From positions 90,351,801-90,415,800 of the forward strand of contig NC_057720.1 of NCBI RefSeq assembly GCF_004010195.1: DNA of 64,000 bases, written 5' to 3'. Below, piece after piece: positions 1-13,254 of this stretch (position 1 is the stretch's first letter; each line of letters begins with the position of its first letter). This DNA comes from Chiloscyllium plagiosum. Taxonomy: Eukaryota. Below the pieces are notes generated by a model. It was not told where the DNA came from and did not search any database. It saw only the letters and a program-made list of their open reading frames with translations. The position numbers and the translations under genes are program-made.

Positions 1-265
1 AGGGGCAGTGTGTGTGATGGTGGTGGAGTGTGTGAGGGGTCGGCATGACGGTTAGGGTGGTGTGAGGCAGTGTGCGGTGGTGGTGGAGTGTATGGGGTGA
101 GCATGACAGTCGGGATGGTGTGGTGTGGTGCAGTGTTTGTGATGGTGGTGAAGTGTGTGGTGGTAAGCGTGATGGTGGCGTGGTGTGGGCAGTGTGTGTG
201 ATGGCTGTGGAGTGTGTGGAGTTGAGCGTGACGGTGGGGTGGTGTTTGGGAAATGTGTGTGAGAG
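1..265. repeat. GT-rich low-complexity tract
   Basis: Imperfect (GTG/GTGT)n sequence; the overlapping ORFs are compositional artefacts. Confidence 0.85.
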
Positions 266-872
266 TGGCGGCGACCCAGGTCTCTGGCGCTGTGAGGCAA
301 CAGTGCTAACCACTTGGAGGGTCGCCAACTTGGAGAAGGATGGGGGGGTGGGGAGCAATAAGGGCGAAGCGCAGCTGGGTAGTGGTAGAATACACTAAGA
401 AAAATTGGGTAATGTAGGAGTCAGGAGAGATGACCTCACGCAGCTCAAAGGTAAAACTGTGTAATAATTTGAATTTTCATAGCTAATTTGCTTCCGCAAT
501 TGATGCCCTTTCTTGCAAGATCGTAGAATAAATTGTCTTTTTTCCAGTTTTGGTGGTCTCGTCTAAATTTTATTGATTTTCTTTCCAACAGTCCGTCAGT
601 AACCCGCATCCATTCCATCCAGACTGAGTAAATATTCCCTTTTACTATGATATGAAATGTGATGTAAGGAAGGAGTTAACTGAACCTGTTCGTTCAGTGA
701 CTGTGGTTAATGTCAGTCTCCATGGATTGTAATTATTACAGTGGAGGGTTTCCATCTTTTACTGATAACTGGGCTCTGTCAACATGTTATTCCATGGTAT
801 GAGCGGGATCATCACCGACAGCACTAACAGGGGTCAGCAGGTCCAGAGAGAGGGGCAAGAGAGACCAGCATT

Positions 873-998
873 TGAGAACTTTAGACTGGAATTGTCCAAC
901 AATGGATCAGAATCTGAGAACCTTAAACTGGAATTTTCCAACAATGGATCAGAATCTGAGAACTTTAGACTGGAATGTTCGAACAACGGACAGGGGTT
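873..998 (+). repeat. 42-bp tandem repeat (about 3 copies) spanning the GPCR start codon
   Basis: TGAGAAC recurs at 873, 915 and 957; gives the 14-aa unit LRTL(D/N)WN(C/F)PTMDQN. Confidence 0.9.
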
Positions 999-1124
999 TA
1001 TCCAATTCTGTTTGGTATCTTTCCACAAATTATGATCGGATGTCGTTATCATGGCGGACCTATTTTTCTCTTCGCATTATTCAATATGTTTATTATCCTA
1101 TCCTGTCTATCGTTGGTGTCCCTG
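902..1124 (+). CDS. Exon 1 of a probable GPR139/GPR142-like class A GPCR (N-terminus to TM1)
   Basis: ATG at 902; open frame MDQNLRTL...SLRIIQYVYYPILSIVGVP then G|GTAAGT donor at 1125 (74 codons + 1 nt, phase 1). IQYVYYPILSIVGVP resembles TM1 of the GPR139-like family, whose next exon starts near the conserved TM1 Asn. Family call is from motif recognition only. Confidence 0.7.
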
Positions 1125-2729
1125 GTAAGTCTCACTGTCCAGATATTTTTTTCTTTTAACCAGTTATGACTGCATTTCTGTTCTTTCGTATAGTCTACAC
1201 TTCTTGCCACCAATAGTGTTCCTGTTAATATATTGAATCCAGTTCAATTTCTGTCTCCCACCTTGCTTCTTACAGTGTTACTCATGGGTGTCTACGTTGA
1301 CCTACTCAGTTTCAGATGTGAACCATTGTCTCTCTGCCCTTGTTATTTAAATATTCTGGGAATGGAGGTCATTGTCATCTATTATGTTACAAACTTTATT
1401 TCCTTCCTGGGATTCCACCCATCCCTGGCCAATATATTTTATTTTCCTTCATTTGTGGGACTTGAATGTTGCTGGCTGGCCAGCATTGATAGGCCATTCC
1501 TATTTGCCCTTGAGAAGGTGAGGGTGAGCTGCCTTCTTGAATCGCTGCAGTCCACTTGCTGTTGGTTGACCCACAATGCCAGTAGGAAGGGAATTCCAGG
1601 ATGTTGAGACAACGACCGTGAAGGAACAGCAGTATATTTCCAAATCGAGGTGGTGAGTGGCTTGGGTGGGGGTGGGGGTGGGGGGCGGGTAGGGAGGTGG
1701 GAGGTGAAACTTGCAGGTGTTGTTTGAAACAGATAATCATAAGTTCGGTGATCCCTTTGACCATGAGCTGATTCCTGACACCATGCCCTGACCATTATTA
1801 ACTTTGACTACTCACTGCTCCAGAAGATACTTCACTGGCTTAACTCACCTGCTGTTTGAACCTTGAGCTGTGAAATACAGACTTAATGATGACAACAATC
1901 TGCTGCTGACAATCTCGGGTTGAAACCTGCAGGAACAAATCTGATTCGAACTTATCCCAAAATCCCATCCATCTGACATTCCTGTGCACCATGATCTGTA
2001 TCGCTATTGTGTCTGGCAATGCCTTTATTTTAATATTCTTAAGCACTTTAACTCATCTGTCCATGAAACTTCCCTCAATCTCTCTGTGTCGATTATCCAA
2101 ATCCCGGCCAGTTGTTCCTATTTAATCTGGTTTCCTTCAAGTGCATTTTCTTTTCAGCAGTGATTTTCACATTCAACTACCCCAAATGCATGCCCGACCC
2201 ACCACCACCACCACCACCACCACCACACACACGCACACCTTATACTGGTCCAATGGAGGTAGAAACCTTCCCCTGCTGTGTGTATTTGATGTGTGTATTG
2301 TTACCATATGATAGTAAAGGTTAGCAATGCTCCTCTTGCTGGGCAGATAATCCAGGTTACTGAGTAATGCACTGGCACAGTCTGCACAGCTTTCCATGTT
2401 GGTCTGTCACCTTGTCCCAGCTTATGCTGCTTGACGTGTTCTGTGAAGCCGATTCAGAATTCGATGAAAAAAGGTATTTCAGCTGATCTGAAAATACTTT
2501 TATTTAATGTTCTCATTCTTGTAATTTTGCTCTACAAGGGTTCAATCCTACAGTTAGTCCCACTACCCAGTCTTTTTCTATATATTTTCACAACATCTTC
2601 TCAGTTAATCAACTGTCTGTTTCTGTCTTTAATGTGAATCTCTCTGTCCCTCTGTATCTTTCCCTGGCCTTGGTTTTTGGCTCCCTAGCATTGAGTGCTG
2701 GCATTGTGCAGCTCAGAAACAGTGAAATG

Positions 2730-2990
2730 GTGTGTGTCAGGCTTCTGTCCACTTCCCAGTGTGTCCCATGTGGTGCTCCATGGACGGAGGAGGGTGGCCT
2801 GTATCGGGCTGTTGTTCACTTTCCGGTGTGATCCATGTGGTGCTCCATGTTCAGGGGAGTGTGTGTCGGGCTGTTGTTCAATTCCCGGTGTGTCCCATAT
2901 GGTGCTCCATGATCGGGAGTGGGTGGGTGTGTTGGGCTGTTGTTCCTTCCCGGTGTGTGTGTCATATGCTGCTCCACATTGGATAGAGGT
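2730..2990. repeat. Minisatellite, 4 units of about 60-70 bp
   Basis: Core gtgtgtcgggctgttgttcacttcccggtgtgtcccatgtggtgctccatg at about 2730, 2801, 2861 and 2927, with variable purine-rich linkers. Confidence 0.85.
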
Positions 2991-3141
2991 TTCAGCAGCT
3001 TTGACTCACATCTTTTAAACTTGATCTGTGCCTGGCCACTGAATGTTTGACTTCTGTGTTTGTGCCTTTGAGCTGATCGTGTGGTCAGTAACACGAGGAA
3101 GCCCCTTGAATATTATTGTAAAGGAAAAGGTACCTAACATC

Positions 3142-3795
3142 TCTGACAATGCTGTCACTTTAAATAAAGGTTATTTGCTCCTTTTCTTTAAAGATATATC
3201 TTAAAGGCCGAACTACCTAATGCAAACGGCTGAAGTAAATAACTTAGGAGGCTTTCAGTGTTTTTTTTTATAAATAGTGATAACAATGGTCAGTTCGCAC
3301 AGACCAGGCTTTCCAGTTTTTATAAGCTGCAACAATCACCAGGTGCCTGGGCTGGGAGAAGGGTTGGATGCTTCAGTAAATGATCCCGAGCTGCTATTCT
3401 CTCTGAGATCTGTCTTGATGCTGTTTCCTCCTGGAATGGAGAACTGCATGCATGACCGACTGGTCTTGGGTGTGCCTTTTACTAATGGACGAGCTTATGG
3501 GATGATCGTACATAGGAACAGTCCATTAGTGGAAGGTACTATGTCTATTATTCTGTTAAGATTTCCAGTAGTTGTTATTCTATGTTCCTCTTCTTTTTGC
3601 ATGCATTTTTATAAGAGTGTTTAAATAAATTATGTTTTGCTTTAAGTTGAGTGGTTTGACCAGCTACATCACATCTGGAACACCCATTTCACATCTACCT
3701 TTACTAAAAGACAAAGTTAGCGTCCAGGCTGCCATCTTAATGCATCTTAAGGCAGTCTGGTCTGGTCCATAGTAAAGTGGGGACTCCTGTCCTTT
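3142..3795 (+). mobile_element. LTR with adjacent primer-binding-site remnant
   Basis: Similar along its length to 34010-34649 (gacaatgctg...ttatttt start, aaataaat signal, ...ggtccat end); followed by tggggactc, a PBS-like sequence, at about 3778. Confidence 0.6.
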
Positions 3796-3938
3796 TCGAA
3801 ATCGATAATTCTAAATTGGGTTCAAGTACAGAATACCTACAGTGTGCAATCAGGCCATTTGTCCCAACAAGTAACACCAATCCACCCAGACCCAGTCCCC
3901 TATTCTATTATTCCATATTACCATGACTAATGCACATA

Positions 3939-6900
3939 AGTACTGACCGTCTGACAGTGTGGCACTCCCTCAGTACTGATCCTCTGATAGTGCAGCACTA
4001 CCTCAGTACTGACCCACTGACAGTGCAGCAGTCCCTGAGTACTGACCCTCTGACAGTGCAGCACTCCCTCTATACTGACCCTTTGGCAGTGTCGCGCTCC
4101 CTCAGCACTGATCCTCTGAGAGAGCAGCACTCCATTAGAACTGACATTCTTACAGTGCGGCACTCCCTTCATATTGGCCCTGTGACAGCGCAGCCCTCCC
4201 TCAGTCGTGACACTCTGACAGCGCAGCCCTTCCTCAGTAATGACCCTCTGACAGTGCAGCACTCCCGCAGTGCTGAGTATCTGACAGTGCAGTTATCCCC
4301 CAGACTGACCCTCTGACAGTGCAGCACTCCCTCAGACTGACCCTCTGACAGTGCAGCACTCCCTCAGACTGGCCCTCTGACAGTGCAGCACCCCCTCAGT
4401 ACTGACCTCTCACATTGCAGCACTCCCTCAATACTGACCCTCTGAAAGTGCAGCGCTCCCTCAGTAGTGACCCTCTGACAGTGCAGCACTCCCTCAGTAC
4501 TGACATCTCACATTGCAGCACTCCCTCAGTACTGACCATTTGGCAGCGTAGCACTCCCTCGGTACTGACCTTCCAACAGTGCAGTGCTCCCTCGGTACTG
4601 ACCCTCTGGCAGGGTCGCGCTCCCTCAGTAGTGACCCTCTGAGAGAGCGGCACTCCCTTGGAAAAGACATTCTTGCAATGCCACACTCCCTCAGTACTGT
4701 CCCTCTGACATTGCAGCACTCCCTCAATACTGTCCCTCTGACATTGCAGCACTCCCTCAGTACTGAACATTTGGCAGTGTAGCACTCCCTCGGTACTGAC
4801 CTTCCAACAGTGCAGTGCTCCCTCGGTACTGACCCTCTGGCAGGGTCGCGCTCCCTCAGTAGTGACCCTCTAAGAGAGCGGCACTCCCTTGGAACAGACA
4901 TTCTTGCAGTGCCACACTCCCTCAGTACTGTCCCTCTGACATTGCAGCACACCCTCAATACTGTCCCTCTGACATTGCAGCACTCCCTCGGTACTGACAC
5001 TCTGACAGTGCAGCACTCCCTCAGTACTGACGCACTGACAGTGCGGCACTCCTGCAGTGCTGACTTTCTGACAGTGCAGTTGTCCCTCAGACTGACCCTG
5101 TGACAGTGCAGTTGTCCCTCAGATTGACCCTCTGACAGTGCAACACTCCCTCGGTACTGACGCTCTGACAGTGCGGCACTCCCTCAGTACTGACCCTCTG
5201 ACAGTGCAACACTCCCTCAGTACTGACGCACTGACAGTGCGGCACTCCTGCAGTGCTGACTTTCTGACAGTGCAGTTGTCCCTCAGACTGACCCTCTGAC
5301 AGTGCAGTTGTCCCTCAGACTGACCCTCTGACAGTGCAGCACTCCCTCAGTACTGACGTTCTGACAGTGCGGCACTCCCTCAGTACTGACCCACCGATAG
5401 TGCAGCACTCCCTCAGCTCTGACCCCCATGACAGTGCAGCACTGCCTCAGTACTAAACCTTTGACAGTGCAGCACTCCCTCAGTACTGACCCTCTGACAG
5501 TGCAGCACCCCCTCAGTACTGACCCTCTGACAGTGCAGCACTCCCTTAGTGCTGCCGCTCTGACAGTGCTGTACTCCCTCAGTACTGACCATCTGACGGT
5601 GCAGCACTCCCTCCACGCTGACCCTCTGACAGTGCATCACTTGGTCCTGCGCCCCTGACACTGCAGCGATCACTCTGTACTGATCCTCTGACCCTGCAGC
5701 ACTCCCTTAAAAGTGAGCCTCTGACGCCACAGCTCTCCCTCCGTACTGACACTCTGACTGTGCAGCACTCCCTCAGTACTGACCCTCTGACAGTGCTGCC
5801 CTCCAAACATACTGATCCACTGACAGTGCAGCACTCCCTCAGTTCTGACAGTCTGACAGTGAAGCTCTCCCTCAGAACTGACACGCTGACAGTGCAGCAA
5901 TCCCTTGGTCCTGCATCCCTGACAGTGCATCACTCCCTCAGTATAGATCCTCTGACAGTGCAGCACTCCCTCAGTACTAAACCTTTGACAGTGCAGCACT
6001 CCCTCAGTATTGACCCTCTGACAGTGCAGCACACCCTCTGTACTGACCCTCTGACAGTGCAGCAATCCCTCAGTACTAAACCTTTGACAGTGCAGCGCTC
6101 CCTCCTTACTGACCCTTTGACAGTGCAGCGTTCCCTCAATACTGACCCTCTGACATTGCAGCACTCCCTCAGTACAGACCCACTGACATTGCAGCACTCA
6201 GTACTGTCCCTCTGACATTGCAGCACTCCCTCAGTACTGACCCTCTGACAGTGCCGCACTGCCTCAGTTCTGACCCACTGACAGTGCGGCACTCCCTGAG
6301 CACTGGCCCTCTAACCCTCCCTTCATACTGGCACTCTGACAGCGCAGCCCTCCCTCAGCAGTGACCCTCTGACAGTGCTGCGCTCCCTCAGTGATGTCCC
6401 TCTGACAGTGCGGCTCACCCGCAGTGTTGACTCTCTGACAGTGAGTTATCCCTCAGACTGACCCTCTGACAGTGCAGCACTCCCTCAGTACTGACCATCT
6501 GACAGTGTGGCACTCCCTCAGTACTGACTCTCTGACAGTGCAACACTCCCTCAGTACTGACCCTCTAACCGTGCAGCACTCCCTCCGTACTGACCCTCTG
6601 ACAGTCCAGTGATCCCTCAGTCCTGATCCGCTGACAGCGCGACACTCCCGCAGTACTGCCCCACTGACAATGCAGCACTCCGTCAGTTCTGACACTCTGA
6701 CAGTGCAGCACTCCCTTAGTGCTGCCCCTCTGACAGCGTTGTACTCCCTCAGTACTGACTCTCTGTCGGTGCAGCACTCCCTCCATGCTGACCCTCTGAC
6801 AGTGCAGCACTCCCTTGGTCCTGCGCGTCTGACACTGCAGTGATCACTCTGTACTGACCCTTTGACACTGCAGCATTCCCTCAGAAGTGAGCCTCTGACA

Positions 6901-9900
6901 TCAGAACATGCCCTCAGTACTGATACTCTGACTGTGCAGCACTCCCACAATACTGTCCCTCTGAGAGTGCAGCGCTCCCTCAATACTGACCCTCTGACAT
7001 TGCCGCAGTCCCTCAGTATTGACCCTCTGCCAGTGCACGCTCCCTCAGTACTGACCCTCTGACAGTGCGGCGCTCCCTCAGTACTGACCCTCTCACAGTG
7101 TAGCACTTCCTTAGTACTTACCCTCTGACAGTGCAGCACTCCCGCAGTACTGACCGTCTGACAGTGCGGCATTCCTTCAGTACTGACCCTCTCACAGTGT
7201 AGCACTCTCTCAGTACTGCCATCTCAGTGCAACACTCACTCAGTACTGACCGTCTGACAGTGTGGCATTCCCTCAGTATTGACCCTCTGACAGTGCAGCA
7301 TCCCTTATTACTTACATCTCACTTTGCAGCACTCCCACAGTACTGTCCCACTGACAGAGAAGCACTCCCTCAGTACTGACATCTCACAGTGCAGCACTCA
7401 CTCAGTACTGACCCTCTGACAGTGTGGCACTCCCTCAATACTGACCTTCAAACATTGCAGTGCTCCCTCAGTACTGACCCCTTGGCAGGGTCGCACTGCC
7501 TCAGTAGTGACCCTCTGAGAGTACGGCACTCCCTTAGATCTGACATTCTTGCAGTGCGACACTCCCTCAGTACTGTCCCTCTCACAGTGCAGCACTCCCT
7601 CAGTACTGTCCCTCTGACATTGCAGCACTCCCTCAGTACTGACATCTCACAGTGCAGCACTCACTCAGTACTGACCCTTTGAAAGTGTAGCGCTCCCTCA
7701 GTACTGACCCTCTGAGAGTGCACCATTCCCTCAGTACTGACATCTCACAGTGCAGCACTCACTCAGTACTGACTTCTGACAGTGTAGCACTCACTCAATA
7801 CTGACCTTCAAACATTGCAGTACTCCCTCGGTACTGACCCCTTGGCAGAGTTGCGCTCCCTCAGTAGTGACCCTCTGAGAGTGTGGCACTCCTTTAGATC
7901 TGACATTCTTGCAGTGCGACACTCCCTCAGTACTGTCCCTATGACATTGCAGCACTCCCTCAGTACTGACCCTCTCACAGTGCAGCATTCCCTCAGTACT
8001 GTCCCTCTGACATTGCAGCAGTCCCTGAGTACTGACCCTCTGACAGTGCAGCGCAGCATTCCCTCAGTACTGTCCCTCTGACATTGCAGCACTCCCTCAG
8101 TACTGACCCTCTGACATTGCAGCACTCCCTCAGTACTGACCTTCACGCAGCATAGCACTCCCTCAGTACTGACCCACCGATAGTGCAGCACTCCCTCAGT
8201 TCTGACACTCTGACAGTGCAGCACTGCCACAGTACTGATCCACTGCCAGTTCAGCACTCCCTGAGTACTAACCCTCTGACAGTGCAGCACTCCCTCAGTA
8301 CTGATCGTCTGACAGTGCAGCACTGCCTCAGTCCTGACCCACTGACAGTTCTGCACTCCCTGAGTACTGACCCTCTGACAGTACAGCACTCCCTCTATAC
8401 TGACCCTTTTCAGTGTGGCGCTCGCTTAGTACTGATGCTCTGAGAGAGCAGGACTCCCTTAGAACTGGCATTCTTGCAGTGCGACACTCCCTCAGTACTG
8501 TCCCTATGACATTGCAGCACTCCCTCAGTACTGACCCTCTCACAGTGCAGCACTCCCTCAGTACTGTCCCTCTGACATTGCAGCACTCCCTCAGTACTGG
8601 CCCTCTCACAGTGCAGCACTCCCTCAGTACTGACCTTCTGACATTGCAGCACTCCCTCAGTACTGACCTTCACGCAGCATAGCATTCCCTCAGTACTGGC
8701 CCTCTCACAGTGCAGCACTCCCTCAGTACTGTCCCTCTGACATTGCAGCACTCCCTCAGTACTGACCCTCACACAGCGTAGCACTCCCTCAGTACTGACC
8801 TACCGACAGTGCAGCACTCCCTCATTTCTGACACTCTGACAGTGCAGCACTGCCTCAGTACTTATCCACTGATAGTTCAGCACTGCCTCAGTACTGACCC
8901 ACTGACAGTTCTGCACTCCCTGAGTACTGACCCTCTGACAGTACAGCACTGCCTCTATACTGACCCTTTTCAGTGTGGCGCTCGCTCAGTACTGATGCTC
9001 TGAGAGAGCAGGACTCCCTCAGAACTGGCATTCTTGCAGTACGACATTCCCTCAGTACTGTCCCTATGACATTGCAGCACTCCCTCAGTACTGACCTTCA
9101 CGCAGCATAGCACTCCCTCAGTACTGGCCCGCTCACAGTGCAGCACTCCCTCAGTACTGTCCCTCTGACATTGCAGCACTCCCTCAGTACTGACCCTCAC
9201 ACAGCGTAGCACTCCCTCAGTCCTGACCTACCGACAGTGCAGCACTCCCTCATTTCTGACACTCTGACAGTGCAGCACTGCCTCAGTACTTATCCACTGA
9301 CAGTTCAGCACTCCCTGAGTACTGACCCTCTGACAGTGCAGCACTCCCTCAGTACTGATCGTCTGACAGTGCAGCACTGCCTCAGTTCTGACACTCTGAC
9401 AGTGCAGCACTGCCTCAGTACTGACCCACTGACAGTTCTTCACTCCCTGAGCACTGATCCTCTGACAGCACAGCACTCCCTCTATACTGACCCTTTGGCA
9501 GTGTGGCGCTCCCTCAGTACTGATGCACTGAAAGAGCAGCACTCCCTTAGAACTGACATTCTTATAGTGCGGCACTCCCTTCATACTGGCCCTCTGACAG
9601 CGCAGCTCTCCCTCAGTACTGACCCTCTGACAGTGCTGCGTTCCCTCAGTAATGACCCTCTGACAGTGCAGCACTCTCGCAGTGCTGACTCTGACAGTGC
9701 AGTTGTCCCTCAGACTGACCATCTGACAGTGCAGCACTCCCTCAGTACTGACCCTCTGACAGTGCGGCACTCCCTCAGTACTGACCCTCTGATACTGCAG
9801 TGATCCCTCAGTCCTGATCCGCTGACAGTGCGACACTCCCGCAGTATTGACCCTCTGATGGCGCAGCACTCCCTACATGCTGACCCGCTGACAGTGCAGC

Positions 9901-10650
9901 ACTCCCTTGGTCCTGCGCCCCTGACACTGCTGCGATCACTCTGTACTGACCTTCTCACACTGCAGCATTCCCTCAGAGGTGAGCCTCTGACGCCAGAGCA
10001 TTACCTCAGCACTAACACTTTGTGCAGCACTCCCTTAGTACTAGCCCTCTGACCGTGCAGCACACCCTCAATACTGACCCTCTGACAGTGCCGCACTCCC
10101 TCAGCACTGACCATCTGCCAGTGCAACGCTCACTCAGTGCTGGCCCTCTGACAGTGCGGCGCTCCCGGAGTACTGACCCTCTCACAGTGCAGCACTTCCT
10201 TAGTGTATTGACCATCTAACAGTGCAGCTTCCCTCAGTACTGACTCTCTCACAGTGTAGCACTCTCTCAGTACTGACCCTCTGACATTGCAGCACTCCCT
10301 CAGTACTGACTCTCTCACAGTGTAGCACTCTCTCAGTACTGACCATCTCACAGTGCAGCGCTCCCTCAGTACTGACCCTCTGATAGGGCAGCACTCCCTC
10401 AGTAGTGACTCTCCGACAGAGCAGAAGTCCCTCGGTGCTGATCGTCTGACAGTGTGGCACTGTCTCGATCTTGTATCTCTGATAGTGCAGCAATGCCTCT
10501 GTATTGACCCTCTGACAGTGCAGTGTTGTCTCAGTACTGACCCTCTGATGGTGCATTTCTCTCTCAGTCCAGATCCTTTCATAATGTGGCATTCCCTCTG
10601 GACTGAACATCTGACAGTGCACTGCTCCGTCAGTACTGACCCTCTGACAG
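3939..10650. repeat. 33-bp tandem satellite, about 6.7 kb and about 200 monomers
   Basis: Consensus CTGACAGTGCAGCACTCCCTCAGTACTGACCCT; gives 11-aa periodic ORFs in several frames (EGVLHCQRVST / VQHSLSTDPLT). Confidence 0.97.
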
Positions 10651-10759
10651 GTTATATCATGTTATACTCCAAGGCCTTGCTTGATAATTTAATGTCTTGC
10701 TTATCACAGAGTCATCACCAAACGTAATTACAGTACATCTGTTCCATACTCCTGATCAT

Positions 10760-12060
10760 TGATATAGAATGCAAATAATTGAGGATCAAGCACTCGTCAT
10801 TGTGTGACTCAACTGGTGACGTTTTGTCAAACTGATATGCCTGCTTCCTGTTTGATAAACAGTCCTTTCCCATTCCTGTGTAACATATTCGAGAGGTTAA
10901 ATAAGAACAATGAACATCAGTCAGTAATTCAGCCGCTCCAGCATGCTCCACCACTGAATATAATCATGGCTGATGTCATCGTGGCCTCTCTTCCACTTTC
11001 CTGACGATCTCCATCCTGAAACTCTGGTCTGTTGTTGTAGATTGCTGCACATGAAAAAATATCCACTCCACATCTACACTGTCAATTACTTTAAGGATTT
11101 TACATACCCCAATGAGATCTCTTTTCATTATTATAAACATGAGGATATAGACCTGAACTGCTCAATCTCTCTTCATAAGACAAACCCCTCATCTCTGGAA
11201 TCAATCTAATGAACCCCTTCTGAATTACCTCCAATGCCAATGCGTCCTTTCACAAGTCAGGGTACCCAAACTGTGCGCCAGTTGCACCCTCACTAATGTC
11301 TTGTATAGCTACAGCAACACTGCCTACCTTTCTACTCCATCCTTTTACAAATGAAAACTGAGCCTACGCTTGCCTTTCCGATTACTTGCTGTAGCAGCAT
11401 GCAGGTTTGCTGTGAAATGCACGTGAACACATAGACCCCTCTGCACCTGAGCACTTTAAAGTTTCTCTCCATTTAGATAATAATTTATCTTTCTACTTCG
11501 CTGGCCAAATTGAATAATCTCATAGTTATCCATTTTAATTTTTAATGTCAAATTTTAGCCCATTCACCCAAACTATTCATATTCATTTTTAAAATTCTTA
11601 CATCTCCATTCCGAAGTAATTTCCCACCGATGATAGTGTCATCTGAAAAAATGGTTATAGTATTTTCTATCCTGTCAACCGAGTAATAATATTGATGAAA
11701 AAAAGTTAAGGCATGAGAACTGAAATCTGTGGCACCCCACACGGTGCATTTGCCAGAAGAAAATGGCACATTTATTCCATCTGACTCAATTTTGTTGGTT
11801 CACTAATCCTCCAACCAAGTTAATAAATTACCCCTAAACCCATGTTGTCTGATCTTAACACTTGCTCTTTGGAGAAGCAACATATCCAATCCCTTCTGGA
11901 AGACCAAATATATTTCATCCCCAGGATTCCCACGATCCACCATGTTAGTGACATCTTCAAATGACTCAAGCAAACAATTCAAACACGATTTAGCCTTCGA
12001 TAAACCATACTGACTCTGACTGATTGTGGTTTAACTTTGCAAATATCTTGAACAATGTAC
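10760..12060 (-). mobile_element. Decayed CR1-type LINE RT fragment
   Basis: Minus-strand remnant TIFSDDTIIGG...LGEWAK matches the CR1 FADDTK.GG region; many stops. Confidence 0.75.
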
Positions 12061-12159
12061 TCTAACAATTTTCCTTAAATTACATTAGTTTATTGTTACA
12101 CTTTAGTCCCTAATGTATACCATTATTATAAGTTCTTCCCGTTCGAAAACCTTTACGTT

Positions 12160-12960
12160 TTCTTTGAATTCCTGTTAATGGGCACAAGGCTTTAAGAGAT
12201 CTGCTCCAATTGCTGTGTAAGAGGCATGTGTGGCTGAATGGACTCATCGTTCTGCTGTGTACAAAATCGATAGGCTGACGACTTTCTGGTGATCCGATAT
12301 TGTCTTCTCCAAGGACAGAATGACCTCCTCCTGCTGATGTGTTACGGGATTGGGGATTTTGGAATCTTCCTGCTGCTGTGTAACAGCTCTAGGGGCTGAT
12401 GGGCCTTCTCATAATCCTGCATCATAGGCTGGAGATACTGACCGATCTCCTCATGCATCGCTGAGATGGGAACAAGGGAGTGATTGATCTTCTTATTATC
12501 CCTTACAATAGACACCTGTCTGAATTACCTCGTCCTTTCTTATGAGAAAAGGCTCAGATAGTTTATATCATAATCCAATTCACTTGCAATCGGCTCAGTG
12601 GGACTGAATTGGCTCCTGTTATCCCAGCATAACAATCTCCAGTCACTGTGTGGCCTCTTCCAGTTCCTGTGTAACAGATTTGATGGGGCTGAATGGACTG
12701 ATCCTGTTGCTGTGTAATAGGATACTGGTCAGTTATACCCTACGCTGGGTCCAGGATTATAGGCTCAAGGTGCTAAGTGGCTTCCTCCTGTAACTGTATA
12801 CCAGGCCCCAGGGGCTAAACAGCCTGGTCCTGTTCTGGTGTAACAGAGTTGAAGGCCTGAATATCCTTCTATTGTTCCTGTGTAACAGGTTGGAGAATGA
12901 CTTGGATTTCTCCATTATGTGTGTAATTGGCTTCTGTGGCTGACTCCTTGTGGTCATCTA
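12160..12960. repeat. Degenerate ~33-34-bp minisatellite (cctgttcctgtgtaacagg...ggggctgaatggcct)
   Basis: Recurring ctgtgtaacag and ggctgaatgg motifs; related arrays at about 33820-34000, 34660-34790, 35780-35900 and 40360-40510. Confidence 0.75.
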
Positions 12961-13254
12961 TGTTGAAATAAGATCATCTTTCATACTTGTAAAGTCCAAT
13001 GTGTATTGATCAACCTGACTATCCTTTCCTTATAAACTAACAGCTTCATGACACGAATCAGTTGAGGAAACCGTCTCTGAGCTGCTTCCAATGTAACAAT
13101 ATACTTTCTTCAGTGAGGGGATTAAATCTGTACACACTACTCCAGATGTGATCTCACTAAGATCCTGTACAGCAGCAGCAATGCTTCACCAGCCTGCTGT
13201 AAGGTTCCCAACGAGGTTACAGCAGGCTCAGCTCTCGCAGGGATACACAGGGTG

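Noticed and set aside
784-1035. 83-aa ORF overlapping the GPCR exon
   Set aside because: An alternative frame of the 42-bp repeat with no recognisable domain; only the 902 frame leads into a TM1 motif and splice donor.
2730-10650. CRISPR-like appearance of the repeat arrays
   Set aside because: Vertebrate DNA, no cas genes and no unique spacers of constant length.
3927-10727. Many Cys/His-rich ORFs up to 250 aa resembling zinc-finger or keratin-associated proteins
   Set aside because: They are translations of the 33-bp satellite, open in several frames on both strands with 11-aa periodicity.
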